Positions 13,020 to 26,779 of a DNA stretch of 64,000 nt are shown here, in pieces; the stretch's first letter is position 1; each line of letters opens with the position of its first letter. The position numbers were made by a program, and so were the translations under genes. A model generated the notes under the pieces. That model was not told where the DNA came from, did not search any database, and saw nothing but the letters and a program-made list of their open reading frames with translations. The stretch is taken from assembly GCF_006345805.1 (NCBI RefSeq), contig NC_042998.1:121830001-121894000 (forward strand), in the 5' to 3' direction. This DNA is from Octopus sinensis. Lineage: Eukaryota.

Positions 13020-13800
13020 ACTGTCAGTTTATTCTATCAACCTCAGAAAGAAATTCAGGTGAAATTTAATTAACAATGTAAACGGATGTAACTAAATACC
13101 ACAACACATTTTGTTTGGCACACTAACAAGGGGTGGGCTTTAGTCAATGATATCAACCTTGGTACTTTATTTTATTAGCCTCAAAAGGTTGAAAGGAAAA
13201 ATTGATCTTTGCAGGATTTGAATTCAGAATGTGAAAAGCCATAAGTAAATACTGTAAGGCATTTGTGCAATGCTCTAATGATTCTACCAAATAATAACAA
13301 TTGTTTCTAACATAGGGAGAAGACTAGGAATTTGAGGGACAGGAATAGTTGATTACATTGGTTTCAAATTTTGACACAAGGCCAGCAATTTCGGGAGGGG
13401 CTAAATTGATTACATTGATCCCAGTGCTCAACTCTTATTTTATCAACCCCAAAAGGATGAAAAGTAAAGTCGGCCTAGGGCAGAATTTGAAACCTGAATG
13501 TTAAGATGGATGAAATGCCACTAAGCATTTTACCCAGTGTGCTAATGATTCTGCTAGCTTGCTGCCTAATAGTTGATTATACTGACCCAGTACTTGACTG
13601 GTACTTTACTTTACCAGCCCCAAAATGAAAAAAGGTAAAGTTGATCTAGACAGGATTTGAACTCCAAATATAAAGGACTAAAATAAAATACAAAGCATTT
13701 TGTTTCAAACTCTAATGATCCAATCAATCTACAATCCTGATAACACATTTTAAAGAGTTAAATTGATCCAGTACTTTACTGGTACTTTACTTTACTTTAC
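13020..13800 (-). mobile_element. Cluster of 4-5 degenerate SINE family A copies
   Basis: Repeated aaaggatgaaa..aaagttgacct..atttgaa..cagaatg and gattacattgatcccagtg blocks. Confidence 0.7.
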
Positions 13801-14124
13801 TTTATGACTGCTCCTTATTTTATTCCCTTGGAGCAGTGCTCTGTAACTGGTTGTGGCACATTGGTGTATGCCACAAGAAAATGCTAGGTGTGCTGCAGTG
13901 TAACCTGAATTCAATTATTTTCCTTGCATTTTTAGTTCAGGTGTGTTGTTGAATTTTGAAAAGAATACAAGTGTACCACAAGTCAAAAAAGTTTGCAGAG
14001 CACTGTTCTGGTGGGTCAAAAAGTAAAATGAAAAACAGCGTGTACTTGTTCCACTCCTCTATTTCTCCAGCCTTTCTTACTCTGCCACCTTTTTTAGAGA
14101 AACATTACAAAAATGGTATCATAC

Positions 14125-14386
14125 CTTTGGAGTAATTTTGATTTTTGTGGTCCAATCTCCACCATAGTCACCACCTGGCCTTTTGATAAATTCTGTCCGT
14201 ATTGTATATTGATCTTCAACAATTTCTTGGATTCCAAAGTTGACACCATCATGCTTAAGCCAACCATAGCGCAAGAGGCTGTCCCCTTGGTCACACCAAT
14301 GACGCAGTGGTGGTGGCATGTTTCGTGTAAATTCTGTCATCCACATCATTCCAACAACAGGAGAACTGGGACTTCGAGTTTTCAGG
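14125..14386 (-). CDS. MOGS: MOGS internal coding exon
   Basis: Encodes LKTRSPSSPVVGMMW...LRHWCDQGD..YGWLKHDGVNFGIQEI..TEFIKRPGGDYGGDW, matching the MOGS N-terminal luminal domain. Strong acceptor tctctcttttgcAG at 14388-14387 (phase 2); donor GTATGA at 14124. Confidence 0.92.
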
Positions 14387-14445
14387 CTGCAAAAGAGAGA
14401 ATATAATATAATTAATCAATTATGAGTTAAAAGCAGCTCAAGGAA

Positions 14446-14772
14446 TATAAGCAATATTGAACACACATACACAAAGTGTGTGTTTTGCTAGTTTGTGAGC
14501 AGGCTGCACTTATAGGCATAAGAGAGTACATTCTCTTCATGAACCTGGGGTTGAAATACCTGAATGTCATAGACAAGTCACAAAAATGATGAAACATAAA
14601 TGTCTATTGCTCCTGAATGGGATCCAATGTGAGTTATCTCACTTGTCTATGGCCTCCAAGTGTTTTAACACAAGGTGCATGAAGAGAATATGTTCTCTTA
14701 TGCCTATAAGTGCAGCTTGCCTCTAACTAGATAAATACATACTTTGTATATGTGCGTTTGATATTGTTAATA
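14446..14772. mobile_element. Fold-back element with ~130-bp inverted arms and a 62-bp spacer
   Basis: Left arm 14446-14578 is the reverse complement of 14641-14772 at roughly 75-80% identity by eye (e.g. gctgcacttataggcataagaga / tctcttatgcctataagtgcagc). Confidence 0.8.
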
Positions 14773-16092
14773 TAATTAGTATATTTTGAATAGTGGTACA
14801 AAAAAGAAAAAAAATTTTTAATGAAGTTCATTTTTTTTTTCCTAAGTTCACTGAAATACTACTTCAATAATGTGATGTAGTAACAAGCAGAATCAAGAGT
14901 GTAACACAAATCCGACTTGCCAAGATCTTACTTGTTACTCTGCATCAACTTTGACAGAAATGTAAAAATAAATAGTTTCTTTTGATAAGGCATGGAGTGT
15001 AGATTTAAAAAAGAAAGAAGAAAAATATGATGTTGTGATGTTTTCACCTATTAAAGGATATTAACAGCATAAATAAAGTGAAACAGTTTTAACCATGAAG
15101 CAAAATCACACAGTCAAGTTTATCTTTCACTTTGCAGCACACAACAGAGAAATCTAAGAATTTCCAAATCAATGAGACAGCCCCTAAGTGGTCCTTAATA
15201 TACTAGAAATAACAACCAAGTTCCCTGAAATCACACACTACTATCTTAGAAATGGACATGTTGGCTAATGTAGGCCTGGGTTTCCTGTACACTATAAAAA
15301 GATGGCTGATATGCCATCCATCAGGACATGTAAGAACTTGGTTTCTTTTGACAAGACACAAATTTAAATATTTTAACAGGGGAAGGAAATACAGATGTTG
15401 TTATGCTGATGCCTTTCCCAGAGGCATTGGGGAATTAAGTGAAAGTGGATCCCATCACAATGGTCATTATATGGTGCTATATGATGCTATAGGCATAGAG
15501 TAACAAAGCATACGAGTTTGTGATATGATAAAGAAGTATTGTTTGATATAGGATAACTCATCTCTTGGGAAGACAATTACTCTTTAGTCTTGGTTCACAA
15601 ATAATCAAGGAATTGGAGACTTGGTAGATAGAAACTGAATGGAAGCATGTTGGTTGGACTGCATCTGTAGATGCAAAAGACCAATGTTTTCATACACTGT
15701 CTTGCTGTTTCTGACTGAGGATTATGTTAAAAATACAAGAGTGTCTGTGACATATTCAACCATGTGTACCATGAGATGCTAAATAGATAGTTCCATGATT
15801 GAACAACAGGAATGTTTAGAGTCAAAAGTGATGTGAGATCCATCATCATGATCATGATCAATCATGATCACATGGTGTACTGGGATGCTGTATAGCAGTA
15901 AAGAATATGAGTTTATGTTAAGTAAATATTATCCAATATGGGATAATGTGGAATAACCCATCTAATGGGCAGATAAGATGCTCTTTGCTAATGGCTCACA
16001 AAATATCTAAGAGATGGAAAAGTTTTATAAGAATAATACCTCAACACACACACACTCACACACACACACACGTATATTGAAAAGGTTAAGAG

Positions 16093-16289
16093 TTTCACAC
16101 GAGTAAATTTATATTAAAAACATAAAGAAGAAAATGCTTTGAAAACTTTATCATGAATAAAAGAAAGAAAATATTTACATTTTTATCAAAATACACATAT
16201 TTTGATAAAAATGTAAATATTTCTTTCTTTTATTCATGAAAAGGTTCTCAAAGAGTTTTCTTCTTTTCATTTTTAATATATATGTGAAA
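16093..16289. repeat. AT-rich fold-back palindrome with a 4-nt loop
   Basis: 16151-16193 vs 16198-16239 are reverse complements apart from one A; outer arms are degenerate. Confidence 0.85.
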
Positions 16290-18212
16290 GTATGTTTTGT
16301 TTGTGTGTGTGTGTGTGTGTGTGTGCGGCGCGCACGTGTATGTGTGTGTGTATGTATGTATGTATGTAAGTATATGAATGTGTGTGTATGTGAAAGTGCA
16401 TGTATCTATGTGTGTGTGTGGGGGGAAGCACTCAAGTTTGTGTTTCAGCACACAGTAAAAGAAGGGAACATTTTCAAATTGAACCCCTACTGTCCATGCC
16501 CTTTTCAAAGTTGTAATTAGTAGCATAAAGTGAAATAGCGTTTTGGAGAAAACCTTTCCACATAAAACACGTTAAAATAGCTTTCATATTACTGAATCTT
16601 TTCTAAATTTTAGGCTTCATGCCTATCCCAGGAACAGGCATTGCTGCCACTGTTACCACAACTAGCATTGTTAAACTTTCCTGTCACCTTTTCAGAGAGA
16701 AGCAGGGTGTGTGTGATAAAATAGAGTGCCAATAGTATACTAGAGTAAGTTTAATTGCAATTTTCAGTCCCCAACCTCAATGTGTGACCTTGTACCATGT
16801 TAGAAATCATCATTACTAGTATTGTTACTTCATTAAAAGGTTAAGTGTTTGGTTTCTTTCATGCTATGATCATAACACCACCTAATTTCTTCCCAAATTT
16901 CTCTTTAACTAAGTTCATCCCCCACACTGTGAAAACATATCTTTTTCTGCAAATGAGAAGTGTTAGCTCTCTCAGCTTGCAATTCTTTGTTAAAATGTGA
17001 CTGATCATCAAAAAAAGTTAAACAAGTGCAATTAAATTTACAACTTCTATCTAGCCAATCCAAACACACACGAAAATAACAGCTCTATCAGTAACTGTAT
17101 TGCAGTCTAATTCACAGCCAAACTGCATACTATCTCATCTCCCAATGAATCTTAAGGAAACAAGAGCTCATTATACTGACAGAGGTTATACCACCTTGTC
17201 TTAACTGAAGATATCACCAACAAAAGAGCTTCAGTGCTGCTTCCATAACCTGCTAGAAAGAGTACCCAAACCTCACTCAAATTACACCCAATTGTCTTAA
17301 AGAAAAGACAGTGGATAATGTGATGCTAGATACACTGCATGGACAAAAAACAAGAGGATGGAAGTCCAGTGTTTTAAACATTAGCCTTCTTTCAGAGTGA
17401 AGGGATGTAGATGCAGATATGGTTACAGAAAGGTGAAATGAACTTGAGATCAAGTCATGTTTCATTGTGAGTCTGGGAAATGCATTTATATTTACATGGT
17501 CTCAATGCACCTAGCTGTTGTGATTAGGTAGCAGATCATCATGATGTTAGTAGCATCCTATAAAAGACAGAAAGGAAGATTAATTTTTCATCTGATTAAC
17601 ATGAAACTGGAGTTAAGCAGTACTGGATTCTTAGAAAGCTCTTTGAATGAGAGAGGATTAAGAGGCATTTACGTTTTGGATATTTCTGCCAACTCAGCCC
17701 CCTAATATCCTTGTCATTATAAGATATGGATGTAATAAAACAAAGAAAGAAAGGAACAAAAACAACAAAATTAATTAATGACCAAGTTGTTGGATATTAT
17801 TTGGCAGTGTGAGCAGAAGCAATATTGTGGTTCAAGTGGTCATGTCTATGGAAATGAGAGTGGTGATGGAAGGTAGAAATAGAAAGACGGATATGTAGAA
17901 GTATCATTGAAATACTATAGCAGTAATACTTGCATTAGACACAAACATCAATGAGAACATAGATGAAACACATGTGGAATATTAATTGGATAGGAACCAT
18001 ATATGGGCATAAACTAATGAGTGGTTGAGAATAAATATTGTAATATTGAAGAAAGGAGAAAAGTGGGGAAAGGGAAAGCAGACGATAAAGAGAGGAAGAA
18101 AAGAACGAAAGAATGAGGTGGGGAGAAATTGACAAAGAGGAACGCGAGAGTGTAAGAGAAGCAGAGATCTTATATATATATATATAAAACTATATCTATA
18201 TCTATATATATA

Positions 18213-18249
<37 letters not shown>

Positions 18250-18268
<19 letters not shown>

Positions 18269-18291
18269 TAAATATATATTGCTAGAAAGTG

Positions 18292-18363
<72 letters not shown>

Positions 18364-18446
18364 TAATAATAACAAGATTACTTGCAAAACTTGAAAGATA
18401 ACAGTAACAACAACAACTAAAATAAAACGTTCACCCTCCTTTTAAT

Positions 18447-18485
<39 letters not shown>

Positions 18486-18623
18486 CGTGCGTGCGTGAGT
18501 GTGTGTGTGGTCCATGTCCACTAGTTGATGTAAGTTATTACTATATGTTTGTGCAATGTCAGTGTTTATAAAGATAAATAGATATTTTATTTGACTGTCT
18601 ACAATAATATGATAAAAACGCAG

Positions 18624-18657
<34 letters not shown>

Positions 18658-18872
18658 ATGTATATTATATGTACAAGTTGAGCATTAGACAAATCACAAA
18701 GGCAATGTTCTTAACATAAGCTGTCTTCCAGAACATTCCTTTTCATAAGAAATAACTTCAATACAGGAAAGTAACATAAAATAGCCTAAAAAATAAGTAC
18801 AGAAGAATTTTACACACATGCACACATATGCAACAGAGATAACAACAATAAATAGTAATTGTGGTGTTTGTG

Positions 18873-18921
<49 letters not shown>

Positions 18922-19077
18922 TACATACATTTATATACATATACATACATACATATATATGTATATATATATACACACACACACATACATACATTTATAT
19001 ACATATATACATATATATATATATATTATATATATATATATACACACACACACATAAATATATATTGCTAGAAAGTG

Positions 19078-19149
<72 letters not shown>

Positions 19150-19232
19150 TAATAATAACAAGATTACTTGCAAAACTTGAAAGATAACAGTAACAACAAC
19201 AACTAAAATAAAACGTTCACCCTCCTTTTAAT

Positions 19233-19273
<41 letters not shown>

Positions 19274-19651
19274 CGTGCGTGAGTGTGTGTGTGGTCCATG
19301 TCCACTAGTTGATGTAAGTTATTACTATATGTTTGTGCAATGTCAGTGTTTATAAAGATAAATAGATATTTTATTTGACTGTCTACAATAATATGATAAA
19401 AACGCAGATATATATATATATATATATGTATGTATATGTATATTTATATGTACAAGTTGAGCATTAGACAAATCACAAAGGCAATGTTCTTAACATAAGC
19501 TGTCTTCCAGAACATTCCTTTTCATAAGAAATAACTTCAATACAGGAAAGTAACATAAAATAGCCTAAAAAATAAGTACAGAAGAATTTTACAAACATGC
19601 ACACATATGCAACAGAGATAACAACAATAAATAGTAATTGTGGTGTTTGTG

Positions 19652-19691
<40 letters not shown>

Positions 19692-19779
19692 CACACATAC
19701 ATACATTTATATACATACATACATATATATGTATATATATATAACACACACACACATAAATATATATTGCTAGAAAGTG

Positions 19780-19849
<70 letters not shown>

Positions 19850-19932
19850 TAATAATAACAAGATTACTTGCAAAACTTGAAAGATAACAGTAACAACAAC
19901 AACTAAAATAAAACGTTCACCCTCCTTTTAAT

Positions 19933-20026
<94 letters not shown>

Positions 20027-20109
20027 TAATAATAACAAGATTACTTGCAAAACTTGAAAGATAACAGTAACAACAACAACTAAAATAAAACGTTCACCCT
20101 CCTTTTAAT

Positions 20110-20148
<39 letters not shown>

Positions 20149-20528
20149 CGTGCGTGAGTGTGTGTGTGGTCCATGTCCACTAGTTGATGTAAGTTATTAC
20201 TATATGTTTGTGCAATGTCAGTGTTTATAAAGATAAATAGATATTTTATTTGACTGTCTACAATAATATGATAAAAACGCAGATATATATATATATATAT
20301 ATATGTATGTATATGTATATTTATATGTACAAGTTGAGCATTAGACAAATCACAAAGGCAATGTTCTTAACATAAGCTGTCTTCCAGAACATTCCTTTTC
20401 ATAAGAAATAACTTCAATACAGGAAAGTAACATAAAATAGCCTAAAAAATAAGTACAGAAGAATTTTACACACATGCACACATATGCAACAGAGATAACA
20501 ACAATAAATAGTAATTGTGGTGTTTGTG

Positions 20529-20575
<47 letters not shown>

Positions 20576-20651
20576 TACATACATTTATATACATATATAC
20601 ATATATATATATATAATATATATACACACACACACACATACATACATTTAT

Positions 20652-20686
<35 letters not shown>

Positions 20687-20688
20687 CA

Positions 20689-20736
<48 letters not shown>

Positions 20737-20740
20737 TATA
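18250..20740. repeat. Tandem triplication of a ~700-790 bp unit plus one partial copy
   Basis: Unique anchor gctagaaagtgaaaggg at 18281, 19067 and 19769. The unique blocks are near-identical between copies; an extra partial copy lies at ~19975-20110. Confidence 0.9.
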
Positions 20741-21368
20741 TAAATTTTGTTTCTTTTCTATGTTTTCTATGTTTCACCTTGCATATAGCCCTGTCTAGTC
20801 TAAGTGATGGGATAATTCAAAGTGATACAAAACATCGGTTCAAAGCATTATAAAACAGTAACAATTCAAGCATAGCAAAAAAGAAAAAAAAGTTCCATGT
20901 ATTTGTAGAACGTATTATACAAATGTTCATGTATCAATGTTCATTAAGTAATTCAGGTGTCGAAAATATATCATATATACGGAGACACGCACACATACAA
21001 TCACACAGAGATTATGTTTGTGAATTACTGTTTCTGTTAGTGTGGCACAATGGTTAGAGCAAATAGTATTGCTATGGTAAAAATGAGAGAGAACATAAGT
21101 ATGTTTTTTTTTTTATGGGATTATTAATTCAGCCTGAAACATGTCTAATAGTTTAGACATGCTGACGTGAGTGAAGTAAAGCAGTTTGCTCCTGGTTAAT
21201 GACTCAGTAACTCATGGACACTGTATGTTGACTCGAGTATGTAAAGTAAAGCTATAGAGAAGTGAAAGAGTAAATAACTCTTCCTTCTATGATACTGTAT
21301 GTAGACTTGGAATAGTCCATTGCTTTGGTTGGTTTATTTCTTGAATGATTTTGATGTCTGTTACAAAA

Positions 21369-22253
21369 TGAGGTAGTATCAAAAGGTTCCCAGACTAGTT
21401 ATGTTTAATAAAAATTAACTTCTTTATCAAGTTTTAACATCATCCCCTTTGAAATAGTTATTTTGTGCAGCAATACACCAGTCCCAGCATTCCTGCCACT
21501 TTTGGAATCTGGCCTGGAAATTGTTTTCTGTAAGTGAGACAAGGACCTTCTGCAATTTGCTCTGGATCTTGACAATGCTGTTAAAAACAGCGACCTCTGA
21601 GCTGCATTTTCATCTTGGGGAAGAGATGGAAGCCCACAGGTGCTAAATCTGGTGAATAGGGTGGGTATGGAAGCGATACCATGTTGTTTTCGGTGAGAAG
21701 CTCACAAGTGAGGAGAGTTTGGTGAAAAATCCAATTCTTCATGTTCCACAGATCTGGTCACTTTCGCCAAATGTCCTCCCTCAGATGCTTCAAAATGTCA
21801 CGGTAGAACTCTCAATTGATGGTCTGGCCTTGGGGAACAAATTCTCGATTCACAATACCACATTTCCAGAGGTGATGCTCATAGCAAGTCTTCCCAATTA
21901 CTCATCATCTTCCACTTTTGAAGCCCCTGTGCCACTCGAAACATTGTATACAACCCATCATCTTGTCACCATAAGCTTGCTGAAACATGCTGAATGTCTC
22001 TGTAGCAGACTTCCTAAGTTTAACGCAAAGTATCACGTTGGCTCTTTGTTCCTGTCCATAACAAAATCACAGACTACAACATACACGCGATCACAAAAAC
22101 ACAAATTTCACAACTTACAAAGTAAACACAGTGATGTCACTCAGCACACTGCCTCATGAAGGTCACTGCAAGCTCTCACTGTGCATGAAACTGTGTGTGA
22201 CCATCTGTTGGCATGCTACAGAACTAGTCAGGGAATATTTTGATACCACCTCA
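21369..22253 (-). mobile_element. Internally deleted mariner transposon, 885 bp
   Basis: TIRs tgaggtagtatcaaaaggttcccagactagtt / aactagtcagggaatattttgataccacctca. Minus-strand transposase remnants: HTH ATETFSMLQQAY..FEWH; REFVPQGQTIN..FYRDILKHLREDI; a decayed PYSPDLAP..FHLFPKMK region. Confidence 0.85.
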
Positions 22254-22799
22254 CAAATGGGTCAAGTCTATGTTGCAAAACTGCTATTAGCAATACTTTT
22301 CATTCAAAACAATGTAATTTTAGCAGTACACCTGTTTTTCCTGTGGAATACAATTTTTTTTTAAAAGACTATTTCTGAAGTTTGTTGTTGTCACACTAGC
22401 AAATTGGTTCAAATAGTGCAGTTGCTGTTGTCAATGAACGAGTGTGGCATTGATTGGATCTCAATTAAATAAGACACAGCTCAAATCTATGGGGGCAAGT
22501 TCATATCATTGGCATGGTAAGAATATAGTTTTCCTCTTTATCACAAGTAATTGCTACAAACAAATACTAGAGAAATAAGTAAAAGAGGAAAAAAAAAAAC
22601 TCAAAATATTTTTAAAAAGACAAATTAGAATGAATTGGAAATAAAATGAGGAAGTGAAGAAAGAAAAGAAAATCAAGAAAAATGCCTGTGATTAGGTGGA
22701 AGCCCCATATGTCTTCCACCTATGATTAAATTACATTTGTTTTGTTGTAAATAAAACCTATTTCACAGTTGTTTGAATAAGGACAGTGTTTTAGGTTTC

Positions 22800-25300
22800 A
22801 CAATTGCTACATCTAATGCACATGCTTACTAAAAACATGCAATCTAACATAGCTTGAACATTCGTTTTGGCATGTTATCTTTTAGTATTTTTTAAGAAAA
22901 AGATCTGCTTTGCAAAAATATAATTTTTCTTGAACTGGGTGGCCTGTATTAGGTGAGCTCATTTGTTTTATAAAACAGATATGGGGAATACTTCTTGATA
23001 TGTTTCTATTCTCTCAAATTGCTGGGTAGGCGGTAATAAATAGTTGATTTTGAAAAACCTCATTTCAAAGGAAATTGGTAATTTATTACATGAAATCATA
23101 AATAAACAAATAGGGAAGACTTAATTTTAAACAAATCTATTATAATTAAAACACCAACCTGCTACTCAGTGGTCCAGTGTGGCTATTCTATTTTTTGCAC
23201 ACATTCTTGTATCCATTTTCTGGATCTGTTCAGTGTAGTTCAATACCTTGAGAGCAGTTCCTTTAGACAGTATACCAATATTTAGATAAGGCTAAACATT
23301 GCTAAAGTACAAGGATATTGCTGTACCCACAGGAAGGAATTATTTTGTTTAATTTTATAACAAAGATAGCTTTTAAAATTTTAGGTTTATTAGTTTAACA
23401 AATCAAGCTCACTTAATTTTCATATCTATTTATATACCCCATTCACTGAAAAATGAGATGTTATTTACCACTTCCTATTCTTTCCATAGTTTTATAACAT
23501 ATTCAACATACAAACAACGGTATAAATAGTATCACTGTTTGAATCACAAAAATAATACTTGCTGCTTTTTTTCCCCTGTGTTTAAAGTTTATTTGTTTGA
23601 ATTAAGTCAGTCTAACATATTAATTAATTCACAGTTTAATTTTTCATAAAGAGTTTAATGTCATTCTCATTGATGATTGCATGTGTATCATCAGAAAAAT
23701 AGAGATCTAAATTTGTGGTTGCACACAAATCATTTATATAAATTTGTTAACAGGACCGACCAAAGTATTGATACCTTAGAGAAGTTTTATTAGTTTCTGA
23801 ATATCCAAGGCTACTGGACTGAGTAAGGTTTCTTGAAACAATAGGAGAGAATGTTAGAGAATATTACATGCAGAAACTTTTACCAACACATGATGTTTTC
23901 TAGAATGTTTGAAAAAATGCATTGAAAAAAGCTTAAGTCATCATCATTTAAGCATAGGAGCAATTTACACATTTCAATTTTGTTGGAAAAAATCCAACTT
24001 CACAGATAGGTACAAAAATCAAGGGATTGAAAGAGGAAGTGACTTAATTAAGAATAACACTATTTCATCACACCTTGTAGAAGTTTTATTATTTGAAGTT
24101 ATCATCACCACGTCATAAAAAAGTAATTTGCTTAATTCTTTTTAAGGTATTGACTAAAATACTTTGAAGATTGTGAAACATTCTCACCATCATTTTCACT
24201 AATGTTTGCACGGAATAGGTTGAACCCCATGGCTCCTTTGGTTTAACATGTCACATTTTTCCATTAATGAGGAATATGTCAGGAAGAGATTTATGGATCA
24301 TTCTTCTATTTAGATCATCATTTTCAATGCTCCCAGTTTGTTTTATATTATGTTTATACTTATCTACTTCCCCAGTATAGCATTAATCTTCTGCTGTTTA
24401 CATTATTTTTTAAAATAATACATTTTTGTAACATTTGAACATTAAGAAGGCTAGATGACATTCTCACCTTAAAGATCTATTGGCAGATATCTTTATAGAA
24501 GATATAACTGACCCTCCCCTCTCTTGTCAAACATGGCTGTCAGTTGTAATATTTCAAGTTACAGTTTATTTCACTTTTATAGTAGAGATGCCTTAAAGGC
24601 ATTGACAAATATGTTGAGAAATTTATCATATGCTTTGTGTCAAGCTCATTTAAGATTCTATAAAGTTTTCTTGTGATAAAAGTTTAAGAAATGCTTTTAG
24701 ATTAGTTTTACCACAAAATCTACAGAACCTGGATTTTTTAGATTGTTGAATTTCTTTACTAAATTGTATAGTGGATATTGTCTCTACTATTATTACACAG
24801 GATTTATGAAGCAGTGTTCTTATAGATACTTGTTGGGTTGTTTATAACTTGCAAAAATCATTGAGAAAATGTGCAGTCAATAAATTTAGAAGCATTTCAG
24901 TCATTATAATAAGATTGGTGATAAAGTAGTAAAATATATATATGCTTTTGTTTTGTTTTAAAATGCTTTTAAGGGTATCTAGGAAAATGACATATTCAAC
25001 CTGTAGATGATGATAAACTACTCCAATAATAATGCTCTGACACTTATCAATTTCAACCTCACATATTGATCGATAAACTATGAGAGATCTTGTCATATTC
25101 TACACTGTTATGCTTCTAAAACTCTACACAACAAACTCCTTGTTTAGAATCATTGCATTGACTATAATCAGGACATTGGGAAAATATTGTTTAAGTTACC
25201 TTAACACAAACAACGATATTCAATCCAGAAAAGCTAAATTCAAACCCAAATAATGCTACAAATCAGATGAATTAATACCAAAGACAAACAAAAATGTGTT
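22800..25300 (-). mobile_element. Highly decayed CR1/L2-group LINE ORF2 (APE + RT)
   Basis: APE-like IIIGVVY...IFLDTLKSILKQ (ORF 24842-25096) and INNPT..KNTAS; RT-adjacent GFFPTKLK..IAPMLK (~23940-24005); a weak CG...IL remnant of GVPQGSILG (~23320). Boundaries are approximate. Confidence 0.6.
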
Positions 25301-25618
25301 ATAATCAGACTACAAAGACACTAAAGTCAAAGAGAAAAGAACAGAAAAGTCAAAATGAAGAAAATGCTGAAGCCAAAAGAAATGGATGCTAAAACCAAAG
25401 GAGTGCCAAATAAAAATATAGTATAATGAGACAATTATTTACATTGAATAGTAAAGCCAAATTATATGAATGTTGGAGTGGTAATTACATATAGAATTGC
25501 AAAGGACAGTAAGAATTTATAAATTCAGCAAGCACAGAATATTGTAATAGAAAATGTTTGGTTATAGAAAGGAATAAATTTCTAATAGAAAAACTGCTGA
25601 TATTATTAGTGTTATATT

Positions 25619-25835
25619 AAGGTGATAAGTTGGCAGAATTGTTAGTGTTTGGGAGAAAATGTTTAGCACATTTCTGTATGTTCTGAGTTCAGATCCCACT
25701 GAGGTCAAATTTGCTTTTCAACTTTTTTGGATCAATAATATAAAATATCAGTCAAGAGTACTGAGGTGATACATTGGCTAGCCTTCCTCTTCTTTCTAAA
25801 ATTGCTGATCATGTGCTAAAATTTGAAACAGTTAT
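25619..25835 (+). mobile_element. SINE family A copy
   Basis: aaggtgataagttggcagaattgttag...ttctgagttcagatcccactgaggtcaaatttgc, matching family A. Confidence 0.65.
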
Positions 25836-26779
25836 TAGTGTAGTTATTCAGACCCCTGGTCAGGTTTGATCAAACACATCTGCGGTTAAAGATGTTCCAG
25901 TTGTGGCCATCTTGTCTTATTTTCATTCAAAACTATACTATCCAATAGGTTCTTCCATTTTGAGGGAAATTTGGTTCCTATTTCTAGAAGACTGAGTGAG
26001 CACATAGAGGCTTCTTTGTTGGCTACAAGTGTTGTTGCTAAAGTTGATAAAAGGGTTGTGGTTGATGATAATTGTGTTGTTTTTATCTTTCTATTGTTGT
26101 TGATGTTATTCTTGGTGGTTTTGGCAATTAAGGCTATGAATTGGTGATTATGTTAATTATGTTTAAGGTTGTGGCAGAGCTAATGTTGTTTATTATGTTA
26201 ATTGTAGCTGTGGTTGAGGTAGAGCTAATGCTGTTGTTTAGCCTCAGGTAAGTTCTGAGTGATTCAATTAGTAGTGGTAGTAGTGATGATAATGGTGAGT
26301 GTTGTATTCTTATCATTTATCTCCAGGTCTCTTAGGCAATGGAAATAGTGATAATGATAATGTTTGTGTTGGTGAGGTTGTTTAACTCCAGGTGAATCCT
26401 GAGTGAACAGATCTAGGATCATAGGCATTCTATCCATGGCCCTCCTCTCACACTTATTCATTTAGATGACTATCCATGTAACAAATCTGCTTGAGTTAAC
26501 TTTGGAGCTAAACAACACAAGGGCAATGATGATGATGAACCAATGATGGAACCTGTATGTGGTCAGTTGACTTGTTAGAAATAGCAGCCAAATTTACTTC
26601 TAATCACATCTTACTGTTGTAAGTAAGAGGATACATTAGATGATGTAAACAATGTAAACCTACATAACATTTGAAAGCTGTAATAGCCATGGATGAAATG
26701 CTCTGGAACTTAGTTCTGCCCAATCCAGATTTATTTAGGACTAAAACAATGACAACAACAACTTTCTGTAATTGACTCT

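Noticed and set aside
21138-21170. gaaacatgtc...ctgacgt with a 9-bp hairpin, resembling a permuted hammerhead
   Set aside because: No helix I complementarity next to the core, and A9 is missing.
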